A stretch of DNA of 32,000 nt, from NCBI RefSeq assembly GCF_003428155.1, contig NZ_QLIR01000012.1, positions 30,001-62,000 on the forward strand, written 5' to 3'. The number at the start of each line of letters is the position of its first letter. Position 1 is the stretch's first letter. The notes beneath the pieces are model-generated. The model made no database searches and was not told the DNA's origin. It was given only the letters and a program-made list of their open reading frames with translations. Made by a program: the position numbers and the translations under genes. Of this stretch, positions 9,661 to 19,744 are shown one piece after another. This stretch comes from Fastidiosibacter lacustris. GTDB lineage: Bacteria > Pseudomonadota > Gammaproteobacteria > Francisellales > Francisellaceae.

Positions 9661-10590
9661 ATGACTGAGCAAACGAAACCACTACCGACAGCGCATGATG
9701 TCTTTTTTAAAGCCAACCTTGCCGAAAAAAGTAAGGCAAAAGCATTACTGAAACAAATCTACTCAAAGGAGTTGGTAAGCAAGCTTGATTTAAAACATTT
9801 AAAGCACGTTCCGACTGAGTTTATACAACACAACTTGCGTAAAGTGGTCGGTGATGTGCTGTATATGACTAAGCTGAACGGCAAAGATGCTTATGTTTAC
9901 GTCCTTTTTGAACATCAGTCAAGCAGTGATGAATTAATGGCATTTAGGCTGTTGTTGTATGTGGTGCAGATCATGCAACAGCATTTGCAACAGGGGCATG
10001 ATAAGTTACCTATTATTTTGCCTGCCGTTATATACCACGGCAAAGAGTCACCTTATCCTTATTCGACTGACTTGATGGACTGCTTTGCGGATAAGGAAAT
10101 AGCCCAAGAATATATGTTCAAGTCATTTAATTTGCTTGACTTAACGATCATGAGTGATGATGACTTAGGCAAATTTGATGCTAATTTAGTCTTTGAATAT
10201 ATGCTTAAACACAGTCGGGATAACCTAACAGATAAGTTGATAAAATGGCTGTTACAGTACCCACATCAAGCGATTTATTTCATAAAATCTGGCAATAATC
10301 TGTTAAATCAAGTATTCTCATATATAGAAAGTCGCGATGATGTTGACAGTGAAGCGATAGACAAATTAATCGGTGTCATTAATGATAATACAGGTGGTGA
10401 GTTTATGAATTACTTACAAAGGCGAGAACAAAAGGCAGAACAACAAGGTGCGATTTTAAAGGCACAAGATACTGCGAAAACTATGCTTATTGATGGTTTA
10501 GATGATAGTGTCGTTATCAAATATACTGGACTTGACCTTGATACTGTCCTTAAACTCAAAAAAGAAATTAGCACTAAGACAAAACACTAG
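9661..10590 (+). CDS. Rpn family recombination-promoting nuclease / PD-(D/E)XK putative transposase
   Basis: 309-aa ORF with Rpn-like features: TAHDVFFKANL, FIQHNLRKVVGDVLYMTKLNGKDAYVYVLFEHQSSSDELMAFRLLLY. Confidence 0.85.
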   Translation: MTEQTKPLPTAHDVFFKANLAEKSKAKALLKQIYSKELVSKLDLKHLKHVPTEFIQHNLRKVVGDVLYMTKLNGKDAYVYVLFEHQSSSDELMAFRLLLYVVQIMQQHLQQGHDKLPIILPAVIYHGKESPYPYSTDLMDCFADKEIAQEYMFKSFNLLDLTIMSDDDLGKFDANLVFEYMLKHSRDNLTDKLIKWLLQYPHQAIYFIKSGNNLLNQVFSYIESRDDVDSEAIDKLIGVINDNTGGEFMNYLQRREQKAEQQGAILKAQDTAKTMLIDGLDDSVVIKYTGLDLDTVLKLKKEISTKTKH

Positions 10591-10662
10591 ATTTAAATAT
10601 TTGGTACAAAAATCTCGCTTTGGATTGATATTCAAATAAATTCTTTGAGCTAAATTGCCTAT

Positions 10663-10760
10663 CCCCGCAGCAAGCTACGGGGTATTTCGGCAATTTTCCT
10701 ACGGAACCGCTCAAAGTGACCTTCTCCATTCGCAGCAGAGCTGCGGGGAATTAAACCCCA
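10663..10760. other. structured GC-rich intergenic segment with inverted repeats (CCCCGCAGC...GCTACGGGG and ...GCTGCGGGG)
   Basis: CCCCGCAGC at 10663-10671, near-complement GCTACGGGG at 10674-10682, perfect complement GCTGCGGGG at 10740-10748. Confidence 0.5.
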
Positions 10761-11511
10761 CGGAGATTAAAAACAACTCTCGTGTGATAAGGGGTAATGT
10801 GTCAATTTTTTGATTTAAATTTATTGAAAATCCTTATTTAAAAGCATCCGTAAAATACTTACAAAACCATGAGTAAGATAGCAAAGCAAGCGATATGTAT
10901 AAGTAGACTTTGAAGTCCAATGGAACGAAAATGTACGCTAAGAAACTTTCTGATGGTTTTCTATTGCTCTGGGAGGATTTTAGTCCATTCGTGTAAAAAG
11001 CAATCAGAAAAATGATCTATTGCTCTCCCCAAGTAATGTGAAGTAATTAAACAATGTATATGTATACTTCAAAATTTATGCTATAGCTAGTCTGGCTGTT
11101 AATAATACAATATACGAAAGTTATCACTAAAAATACCTTGCCTGGAAGAACCCCCAGAAATGGGGATCGTTTTTTGTTCAGTGCGCCGTAATTTTAAAAC
11201 TTGAAGAAAACAGTAACATTGAACTTTTTTAGATTGAATAATAGTCAAATAACAACGCAGACACATAAAAACGCGCATAAATTAGATTTAACCGTATTTT
11301 TTATTGATTTTGAACGATTGCATTATCGTATTACAGATAATTGAACAGCGCTTAAATATGAAAGCTGAATTTTTAACCAGAATTGCTAAAAAAATGAATT
11401 TTTAGACTGATTTTGAAAATTTAAGGAGAAATACGCCTGCGCTATAAGCTGAAAACGTTAATTTTTTTAAAAAAAATTGCATATTCCTGTTCACCATAAG
11501 GGAGCCAGTCC

Positions 11512-11775
11512 ATGAAGCTAAAACTTAACATACAACGTGATATTCACGATAAAATAAAGCTTCAAGGCAGTAAACTTATACTACCAATGCACTTTGATGT
11601 TGTCGAGGTTTATAAAGATGTACCCTTATTTGAGCCAGACGATAGCAAGCAGATTGTCACTATCCATTATCATGTGGATGATGATTTATATGCAGCCGTG
11701 TATTTTTACTTTGACGATGGCAGTTATGCCAGACTGGTATGGCGGTATGGAGCAAGTGACAAAAATACAAGGTAA
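11512..11775 (+). CDS. small hypothetical protein (87 aa)
   Basis: Uninterrupted ORF preceded by AAGGGAG; acidic and aromatic-rich, no recognised family. Confidence 0.5.
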   Translation: MKLKLNIQRDIHDKIKLQGSKLILPMHFDVVEVYKDVPLFEPDDSKQIVTIHYHVDDDLYAAVYFYFDDGSYARLVWRYGASDKNTR

Positions 11776-12187
11776 TGTTTTAAATAGCACCTCAGGTATC
11801 GCTTATGAGGTATAGGCTAGAAAGCAATTTTCAAATTACTATAACCAGTTTACTGACGTATTCCGACTGAACTATAGGTTCCCTGCAAAGCCCTCCAATT
11901 TTCCCTGTTTTGAAAAAATAAAATCACTCAATGCCATATACAGTAACGCTTGTAGTGAAAATCAATGTTTCTCTAAAATAAGTTTCGTCAAGGTGCTTTT
12001 ATCGAGTGGGAGGTGAGATGATGAGAAAGCGACCTTGACTAACTGTGGCTAAGTATAGTCTAGCAAATATTAAAGCAACTTAATTAGCAAGTATTTTTAC
12101 CTTTTTTATTATTTTTTCACATTACATTCATTGATCGCAAAAAAGCAAAAAATAGACGAATAACGCAATAACACAGGAGAAGAAACT

Positions 12188-15100
12188 ATGATGTCAATTG
12201 GCGTTGTCAGTTCAGGCAGCAATGTACACAAGTATTTCATCGACAAAGATAATTACTATTTAACCGATAAGTCTGAGTTAAAAGAAGCGGCAACTTGGTA
12301 TGGCAAAGGCGCTGAATTACTGGGCATTAAAGGTGAGCAAGTCGATGAAAAGTTATTTTTAGATTTACTTCACGGCAGATTACCTAACGGTGAGCAAGTT
12401 GGCATTATGCGTGATGGTTCTTTCAAACATCGCCCTGCAACGGACATTACGTTTTCAGCACCTAAATCGTTATCTATTATGGGTTTGGTTGCAGGTGATA
12501 CACGCTTGATTGAAGTCCATAACAAAGCTGTTGAAAAAGCATTAGGCAAGATTGAAGCTTTGTATGCTGAAGCACGTATTACTGAAAATGGCATCACAAG
12601 CTATGAAAAAACTGGGAACTTAACCATTGCCGCCTTTCGTCACACCTCATCTCGTGAAAAAGACCCGCAACTGCATACGCATGGCGTTACGATGAATTTT
12701 ACGCAAAGAGAAGATGGGCAATGGCGTGCGCTATCTTCCCGTCAAAAAAATGATGTACAGCATCTTGAAAATGGCTTTAGAGAAATGCTTTATGCCAATC
12801 AGCATTACTTGGGCATGATTTATAATAGTGAAATTGCTAAAGGCACCGTTGAATGCGGTTATGAAATCAAAGTCAAAGATCAATATGGCAACTTTGATAT
12901 TGTTGGATTGTCACAAGACTATCTTGAAAGCCAATCTAAACGCAGAACACAGATTCTCAATAAGCTTGAAGAAAAAGGACTTAACGGTGCTAAAGCTGCA
13001 CAAAATGCTTGCTTAGACAGCCGTATTGCTAAAAGTGATATTTCACCTGATGAATTAAAAGCTGCATGGATTGAAGATGCCAAAGCACAAGGGGTCAGCC
13101 TTGGTAAAGTGTTTATGGAATCTATAAACAACCTTGAGCAAGATGCAAAAGAAGAAAAGGAAGCAGAAAAGGCAAAAGAAACCAATAGCACTAAAAATAA
13201 TACGCCGAATGACCAACTACCGTCAAAAGCTTATGTCACCAGTGACCTACAAACACACTCACATAACGCCAAAGAAGCCATTAGTGATGCGGTTGCTCAT
13301 TTATCTCAATATGGCGTGCAGATAAAGCATGGGGATATTATTCGCCAAGCCTTTGTTTTTTCAGCCGGACTGGTTGAGCATGATCATTTAGAAGCGGTAT
13401 TGTCGGATAAGCTTAAAACAGGTGAGCTTATTGGGCGTGAGCATCAATACTATACGACAGATCAATTAGTAAAAGTCGAAAAAGATTTCATGCAGTTTGC
13501 TAAAGCATCAATGGTAAGTGCATGGTCGGTTAACCTTAATCGTTCTGGGTTAGAAGCCTCATTATTTAACCATAAAGACCGCTTGCAATTGATTGATGTT
13601 AAAGGCTTGCGCAATGAAGCAAAACTGATTGACGGACTGGTTAAAACGGCTGAGAACAACGGTTTAAATGTCTATGTATTGCATCAAAACTATTCACGCT
13701 TAAATAGGCTTAAAGAAGATGTTAAACGTGATGGATCAAGCTTATGGAAAGCCTTTAAAAACCATTTTAAGCATGACTTACTGCAAACCGTTGGTAAGTT
13801 TGAGCATGATTATACGCAAAAGCTTAATAATCCTTTTTTTTCTTTTGCTCAATTAAGCCATAAGCAGGACTTAATTATTGTCGCGGATAGCCAAAAACTT
13901 GGCATTAAAGACGTTGAACGCTTAAATACATTAGCCGAAAAAGGGAAAGCTAAGATTGCCTTTTTAAATAATACCGAATCAACCCTTGGCTTTAGTGCGG
14001 GCAATCCAATGAAGCTATTAAAAGAGTCTGGTGTTAATCAGTTAAGATCACAAAGCATTTCCAAGAACACGCTAGTAGAAGTGGCAAGCTTCAGTGAAGC
14101 ACACAAAGCTTTAGCATATCATTATGTTGGTTTAGATAATGAAGCTAAAAAAAATACGCCGATTGTGGCTTTTACCAATAAAGCACAAGCAGAAATCACT
14201 GGTGAGATTCGTGATCACTTGAAAGAAAATGGCGAGCTTTCCTTACAGGAAAATCACTACCAAACACTATCAACCAGTCGCTTAAGTGACATTGAAAAAA
14301 CCAAAACGCAATGCTATCAACTTGGTGATAGCGTGACACTGAATCCGTTTGCCCAAGCTGAAGAAAATGGAAAAAGTAAAAGAAGTGAAAAAGGTGAAAA
14401 AAATGGCGAAAAGCACAAACAGCAAAGTTATCTTGTGACGGGTATAGATCGCGACAATCAAGCTTTACACTTAACGAATCGTCACGGTGAGTCAATACAA
14501 TTGTCACTGAAAAAAGAAGATTTATTTCATGCTGATGGCAGCTTTAAAGTTAATTTTGAAGCCAATAAAAGCAAAACAATGGCAATTGCTGTCGGTGAAA
14601 CCCTACGAGCCACCCGTAATCTTTATCTGGATTATCAGGCGGATTCAATAGATAACAGTAGTAAAAGTGATAAAAGTGGTCAAAGCGGTGAAAGTAATAA
14701 GGATAGCAAAGTTGAAACCGTCAAAACAGTTAAAATTGATAAAAACAGCACCTTTAAAGTGCAGTCCATTGCTGAAAATGGTATCCATATTCAGCACGAC
14801 AATAAAACCATTTTTGTAGCCAATGAAAAGCTGCAAAGAAGTTTCATTGAGCATGGCTATGTCATTAAACCACATCAGTTAAGCAAGGATACTGATAGTG
14901 TTTTAACTGCGCTTTCAAGTTATCAGGTCAATCAAAATAACATTGGTGAGATTGCTGAGTTTGCGAAAAAAGTCACCCTTTTTACCGATAATCCAGAAAA
15001 AAGCACCCAAGCTTTAAACGCACAGCAAGTTTCATGGTTGGCATTAGATGTCGCCAGTGGCAAAGCACAAAGCTACAACCCGATTGTACGAACAGAAGAA

Positions 15101-18100
15101 GCCATCAGAAAAGACTTAGAGGTGGTGGCTAAAGCCTTATCTGGTGATGACAAAACCAAAGCAGATACGGCCGTTTCTTATGGTATTGCGAAACTGGCTG
15201 AGCGTGAGGCAGGCTTTCAACTGAATGACTTACTCAAAGAGTCGATGAAATATGCCCTTGGCTCGGTATCGCTTGAGGATATTGAAAAAATCATTGCTGA
15301 TAAATCCAAGCAAGGTGATTTGTTGGTTACAGGACAAACAGTCACAACAGCTTATGCCTATCAGTTAGAGAAAAATATTATTCAAACGGTTAAAGACAAT
15401 CACGCCAGTGTTGCACCTATTTACGACAAAGTACCTACTTTGAGCCAGGAGATAAGTTTCACCCAAGGACAAAAAGATGCGGTGAGCTTAGCCTTAACCA
15501 CCAATGATCGTTTTATTGGGGTGCAAGGGCTTGCCGGTACAGGAAAAACCACGATGATGAAAGAGTTGAAACAACATGCTGAAAAGGCAGGATTCAATAT
15601 CATTGGTATTGCGCCAACACATAAGGCAGTGCAAATGCTTGATGAGTCTATCAATAAAGAAGTGACTGGTAGTCGCTTTGAAAAAGCGGGGATTCCGGTG
15701 ATTACTGCACATAGTTTTATTAATAAAACAAATACAACACATGATGGACACGATACGAACAAGATAGATAACAGCAAAACCCTGTTTATTATTGATGAAT
15801 CATCGATGTTGGGTAATCGGATTTATCATGATATTCAAAAGAAAATTGTTAGTCTCAATGCCAGAGGCATCTTCTCAGGCGATATTAAGCAACAGGTGGC
15901 GATTGAAAGCGGGAAACCGCAAGAGTTAAGCATGAATAACGGCTTAAAATATGCCTCAATGAATGAAATTGTGCGCCAAAACCCTAACCCACAATTAAAA
16001 ATGTCGGCTGTATTAGCAGCAGATAAACAACCGGCTAAAGCATTAATCAATCTTGAAAGTATTAATCCTTTTGATCATATTCAGCGTAAGGATTTTTACA
16101 GTAGCGAGCCAATTTCTTTTATTGAAGTTGGTGCCGCAAAGGATGGTCAAGGCAAAGTATTACTAGATGACAATGGCAAACCCTCGTTAACTAATCTATA
16201 TGATGTAATTGCTAAGGATGTATTAACACGCATACCAGAACAGCGCGAAAATACCATTGTGGTTGCTTCAACGCATAAAGATCGCCATGAGATAGATCAA
16301 CGTATTCGCCAAGGACTCATTAATGATGATCACATTAAAAATGAAGTCAATGCAACTCGTTTAATGTCAAAAAACATTGATCAAGCAGATATGTTACATG
16401 CTAAAAACTATGAGGTTGGTGACATACTACGCTTTGAAAGAGGTTACTCAGTTGCCAAAAAAGGGGATTACATGCAAGTGATTGGTATTGATGAAAGCCA
16501 AAATAAACTCAATGTGATAAACATCGGTGATGGCAATAACTACAGTATCAATCCTGCCAGTATTGCCTTAAAAGCCGATATGAGTGTTTATAAAGAACTA
16601 GAAGTACAACTTGGTGTTGGTGATCGCATCCGACTACGCCAAAGTGACCCTAAGCGTGGTTGGGTCGGTGGTGCTGAGTATAAAGTCAGTGCCATTGAAG
16701 ATGGTAAGGCTTATTTAACTTATTTACATCACACGAATGCACAGAATAATAAGCATAATGAAAATAACACGCATACTCATAACCTCACCATTCATCTTAC
16801 GGATAAAAAAGATCAGCTTTGGGATTACGCTTATACCAATACAACCTATAGTGCCCAAGGCGCTACGTCCAAATATTTTATTGGGTTAGCCGATGAAAAT
16901 TATCGTTCGATGTATATTCAGCTAACACGCGCAAGCATGCAAGCAACGATATACACAGCGAACAAAGTAAAGCTCCTCAATGGCTTAGAAGATGCTAGAC
17001 GGCAACTGCAAGCTGATAAACTATCCGCTTATGAGATGCTGCATCAAAGCCATCAACAAAAAGAAATTGAAAAAAATGAAACAATTAAAACAATTAAAAT
17101 AACAAAAGGTGCCTACAATAAGCAACATCAAATCAGCAATACTAATGTAAGTGTCGATGGAAAGGGCATACCTATTGCTAAAACACGAGATAAAACAGGG
17201 TATACTGCTAAAGAAAAAATAGAAAAACCAGTTTTAGCTGATGATATTAAGCCACTTTTACGCCAGAGAATGGAGGAGTTAGCGATAAGCTTATTGGGTG
17301 AACCTAACAAAGCACTCTCAAATCAAACCCAGTTACGGTTTGGTAAAAATGGCAGTTTAACGGTGAATTTAGAAAAGGCACAATGGTTCTCACATGAAAC
17401 TGGCAAGGGTGGCAATCCCTTTGATCTCATCAAACATGAGCTGAATTTTAGTGACTTCAAGGATGTCTTGGACTATGCCAAAAAGTTTGTCAATTACACG
17501 CCAGATATGCAGTATATTGAAGTTAAACCTAAGCCTACTGAGCAAATCAATCTTGAAGATGAAAAACGACAAGAGAGAAAAGAGAAACAAGAGCAAATGA
17601 AAGCATTAGGTGATAGGTTATATCAGCAGTCTGTACCCATTAAAGGCACACTTGGTGAAAAGTATCTAGCAGAATGTAGAGGATTATCATGCTATGAAAA
17701 TGCAGATATTCGTTTTGTAAATTCGATCTCTGGCATCGACAAAACAACTGGTAATAGAATCTATACCCCTGCTATTTTATCAGTTGCTAAAGATGATAAA
17801 GATGCGCTTCACCATGTGCAAGTAATTCGATTAAATCAAGATGGCAGCAAAAATAAAGACGTTAAAATCACCAAACAAACTTATGGTAAAATGGATGGCT
17901 TTGCTGTGGATTTAAACACCAAAGCCGATAAGTCTGTCACCTATCTTGCCGAGGGTGTTGAAACAGGATTATCCATTCTTAATATTCATAAAAATGCACA
18001 CGTTTTAGCCGTTTTAGGGAAGTCAAATTTTGCAAATATAAATACAGATAAGCTTGCTGATAAGATAGTTATTTGCCTTGATAATGATTTTAAAGGGAAA

Positions 18101-18721
18101 GATACATTTAATAATGAGCAGAAATTATCAGATCATATTAAATCTATAAAAAGAAACTGTGAACAAATAAATGCGTTAGCTAACCACTTCAAAAGTTACG
18201 GAAAAGAGGTACGTTTTATATTACCAGATAGAGATAAATTTGACTTTAATGATGTATTAAATCAACAAGGATATGCTGAACTTAGCAGACAAGTAAATCA
18301 GCTAATAACAGAAAAAGACTTTAGTAAAATAACGAATAAGTATATTGAAATAAAATTAAATCACATCAATGACGAGATGAGTAAGCACATTAAGTCAATA
18401 AAAAATGAATATGAAAAATCAATTATGCAACATCCTAGTTTAAATCATTTAAACTCATGTCACGATAAGGGCTTATTAATAAATGAGACTATTAATAAAT
18501 CGAATATTTATAAAGATACACTGCTATCAGATCAACGAATAATGGATGCAAAGAAACGTCTTGATAGTCAATTACAAAATCAAATTCGACATGACCAGAT
18601 TGAAAATATCGTTGGCAAAATAGATAAAGTAGATAAAATAAATAAGATAGATAAAACACCTAATGCAAAACATCAGGAAACGCTAAAATCACAATCAGTT
18701 AATAAGGAAATTGAGCGATAG
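12188..18721 (+). CDS. traI: TraI, MOBF/TrwC-family relaxase-helicase with C-terminal TOPRIM/primase-like region
   Basis: N-terminal Tyr-rich stretch (HKYFIDKDNYYLT), HxH-type metal site (DPQLHTHGVTMNF), RecD-like Walker A (GVQGLAGTGKTTMMKE), Walker B (LFIIDESSMLG), C-terminal TOPRIM-like AEGVETGLS...VICLDND. SD CAGGAGAAG upstream. Confidence 0.95.
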   Translation: MMSIGVVSSGSNVHKYFIDKDNYYLTDKSELKEAATWYGKGAELLGIKGEQVDEKLFLDLLHGRLPNGEQVGIMRDGSFKHRPATDITFSAPKSLSIMGLVAGDTRLIEVHNKAVEKALGKIEALYAEARITENGITSYEKTGNLTIAAFRHTSSREKDPQLHTHGVTMNFTQREDGQWRALSSRQKNDVQHLENGFREMLYANQHYLGMIYNSEIAKGTVECGYEIKVKDQYGNFDIVGLSQDYLESQSKRRTQILNKLEEKGLNGAKAAQNACLDSRIAKSDISPDELKAAWIEDAKAQGVSLGKVFMESINNLEQDAKEEKEAEKAKETNSTKNNTPNDQLPSKAYVTSDLQTHSHNAKEAISDAVAHLSQYGVQIKHGDIIRQAFVFSAGLVEHDHLEAVLSDKLKTGELIGREHQYYTTDQLVKVEKDFMQFAKASMVSAWSVNLNRSGLEASLFNHKDRLQLIDVKGLRNEAKLIDGLVKTAENNGLNVYVLHQNYSRLNRLKEDVKRDGSSLWKAFKNHFKHDLLQTVGKFEHDYTQKLNNPFFSFAQLSHKQDLIIVADSQKLGIKDVERLNTLAEKGKAKIAFLNNTESTLGFSAGNPMKLLKESGVNQLRSQSISKNTLVEVASFSEAHKALAYHYVGLDNEAKKNTPIVAFTNKAQAEITGEIRDHLKENGELSLQENHYQTLSTSRLSDIEKTKTQCYQLGDSVTLNPFAQAEENGKSKRSEKGEKNGEKHKQQSYLVTGIDRDNQALHLTNRHGESIQLSLKKEDLFHADGSFKVNFEANKSKTMAIAVGETLRATRNLYLDYQADSIDNSSKSDKSGQSGESNKDSKVETVKTVKIDKNSTFKVQSIAENGIHIQHDNKTIFVANEKLQRSFIEHGYVIKPHQLSKDTDSVLTALSSYQVNQNNIGEIAEFAKKVTLFTDNPEKSTQALNAQQVSWLALDVASGKAQSYNPIVRTEEAIRKDLEVVAKALSGDDKTKADTAVSYGIAKLAEREAGFQLNDLLKESMKYALGSVSLEDIEKIIADKSKQGDLLVTGQTVTTAYAYQLEKNIIQTVKDNHASVAPIYDKVPTLSQEISFTQGQKDAVSLALTTNDRFIGVQGLAGTGKTTMMKELKQHAEKAGFNIIGIAPTHKAVQMLDESINKEVTGSRFEKAGIPVITAHSFINKTNTTHDGHDTNKIDNSKTLFIIDESSMLGNRIYHDIQKKIVSLNARGIFSGDIKQQVAIESGKPQELSMNNGLKYASMNEIVRQNPNPQLKMSAVLAADKQPAKALINLESINPFDHIQRKDFYSSEPISFIEVGAAKDGQGKVLLDDNGKPSLTNLYDVIAKDVLTRIPEQRENTIVVASTHKDRHEIDQRIRQGLINDDHIKNEVNATRLMSKNIDQADMLHAKNYEVGDILRFERGYSVAKKGDYMQVIGIDESQNKLNVINIGDGNNYSINPASIALKADMSVYKELEVQLGVGDRIRLRQSDPKRGWVGGAEYKVSAIEDGKAYLTYLHHTNAQNNKHNENNTHTHNLTIHLTDKKDQLWDYAYTNTTYSAQGATSKYFIGLADENYRSMYIQLTRASMQATIYTANKVKLLNGLEDARRQLQADKLSAYEMLHQSHQQKEIEKNETIKTIKITKGAYNKQHQISNTNVSVDGKGIPIAKTRDKTGYTAKEKIEKPVLADDIKPLLRQRMEELAISLLGEPNKALSNQTQLRFGKNGSLTVNLEKAQWFSHETGKGGNPFDLIKHELNFSDFKDVLDYAKKFVNYTPDMQYIEVKPKPTEQINLEDEKRQERKEKQEQMKALGDRLYQQSVPIKGTLGEKYLAECRGLSCYENADIRFVNSISGIDKTTGNRIYTPAILSVAKDDKDALHHVQVIRLNQDGSKNKDVKITKQTYGKMDGFAVDLNTKADKSVTYLAEGVETGLSILNIHKNAHVLAVLGKSNFANINTDKLADKIVICLDNDFKGKDTFNNEQKLSDHIKSIKRNCEQINALANHFKSYGKEVRFILPDRDKFDFNDVLNQQGYAELSRQVNQLITEKDFSKITNKYIEIKLNHINDEMSKHIKSIKNEYEKSIMQHPSLNHLNSCHDKGLLINETINKSNIYKDTLLSDQRIMDAKKRLDSQLQNQIRHDQIENIVGKIDKVDKINKIDKTPNAKHQETLKSQSVNKEIER

Positions 18722-18803
18722 CTATCACTACATTTTCTATATTTTACTATATTTCACTATAAAAATCCAAAGTAATAATATTTGTCTTTACTTTAATCTC
18801 CCT

Positions 18804-19133
18804 TTATTTCCCACTTTTCCCTTTCAAATAAGCTGATGTTTTGTTTTCAATCATCGTTATCAATGTATCGGCATCAAAGAATTTACCTGTTGTTTTAGTT
18901 TTATCAAAGACACAGCGTATAATCTCTTTAACCACTTCGTTGGTTTCAATGGCATATTTCACACTATCATCTACTGCAAGATCATCTGATGACTTATCTA
19001 GCGATGATTTATGCACTCTTAATCCTAAATCAAGCATATCAAGCGCAAAGTTAGCCGTTGATTTACTACTGCTTTTGGCATGTTTTTCTAATTCTTCATA
19101 GACATTAGCGCCTATATCTAATTTCATTTCCAT
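18804..19133 (-). CDS. small protein, possible relaxosome accessory factor
   Basis: 109-aa ORF overlapping the end of the upstream 165-aa ORF by 10 nt, located between traI and the putative oriT. Confidence 0.6.
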   Translation of the reverse strand: MEMKLDIGANVYEELEKHAKSSSKSTANFALDMLDLGLRVHKSSLDKSSDDLAVDDSVKYAIETNEVVKEIIRCVFDKTKTTGKFFDADTLITMIENKTSAYLKGKSGK

Positions 19134-19588
19134 TGGTTTTTATCCTCTTCAATTGGAATAGTTTTCATGTTATTTCTATCATTTGAAACATAAATATTTT
19201 TATATTCTTCACCTTGAATCTGTCCACATTTTTTCACTGTTTCATCTAGAGAAATGGCGAATATTTTCTTGGCAATCTCGGTATCATTTATCTTGCCTAA
19301 AAGACATTTCGTGCTTATTTGTGCTGCATGAACAAGGTGAGGTATCATAATATTTATTTGCTCTGTTAACTTTACTAAATGATTAATGTCATCAGAAATA
19401 ACAACGTTTTTACCTTGTTTTTCTTCCTTTTTTTCCAATATTTTTTCGCGAATTAAATGCTTAATTGCCAAACCCAATGATGGCTCATTGTTACTTTTTA
19501 ATAATGCGTTGTCATATGCCAATTTGGTTAGATACTTTTCTTCGGTTTCAGATAACCTTAATGAGGTTGGGTATTGTTTTGATTCCAT
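19124..19588 (-). CDS. probable relaxosome accessory / MobC- or RHH-like DNA-binding protein
   Basis: MESKQYPTSLRLSETEEKYLTKLAYDNALLKSNNEPSLGLAIKHLIREKILEKK has a ribbon-helix-helix/MobC-like look; adjacent to the putative oriT. ORF track start is 19621; the internal Met at 19588 is an alternative start. Confidence 0.6.
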   Translation of the reverse strand: MESKQYPTSLRLSETEEKYLTKLAYDNALLKSNNEPSLGLAIKHLIREKILEKKEEKQGKNVVISDDINHLVKLTEQINIMIPHLVHAAQISTKCLLGKINDTEIAKKIFAISLDETVKKCGQIQGEEYKNIYVSNDRNNMKTIPIEEDKNQWK

Positions 19589-19744
19589 AAGGCGTTTTTG
19601 CTTGATTTTTATGTAGTGCATTGTAGCGCATATAAAGTGGACTTGCTAGCTATTTGTATCACATTTTACTACTTATAACGGTTTTATAAGGCTAGTCTCT
19701 GTATTAAATTGTGCTACAATCAGGCTAATGAGTATATCCCTTGT

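Noticed and set aside
13462-16050. Several minus-strand ORFs (60-118 aa) inside traI
   Set aside because: Antisense shadow ORFs of a long, well-supported relaxase gene; no SD or recognisable domain.
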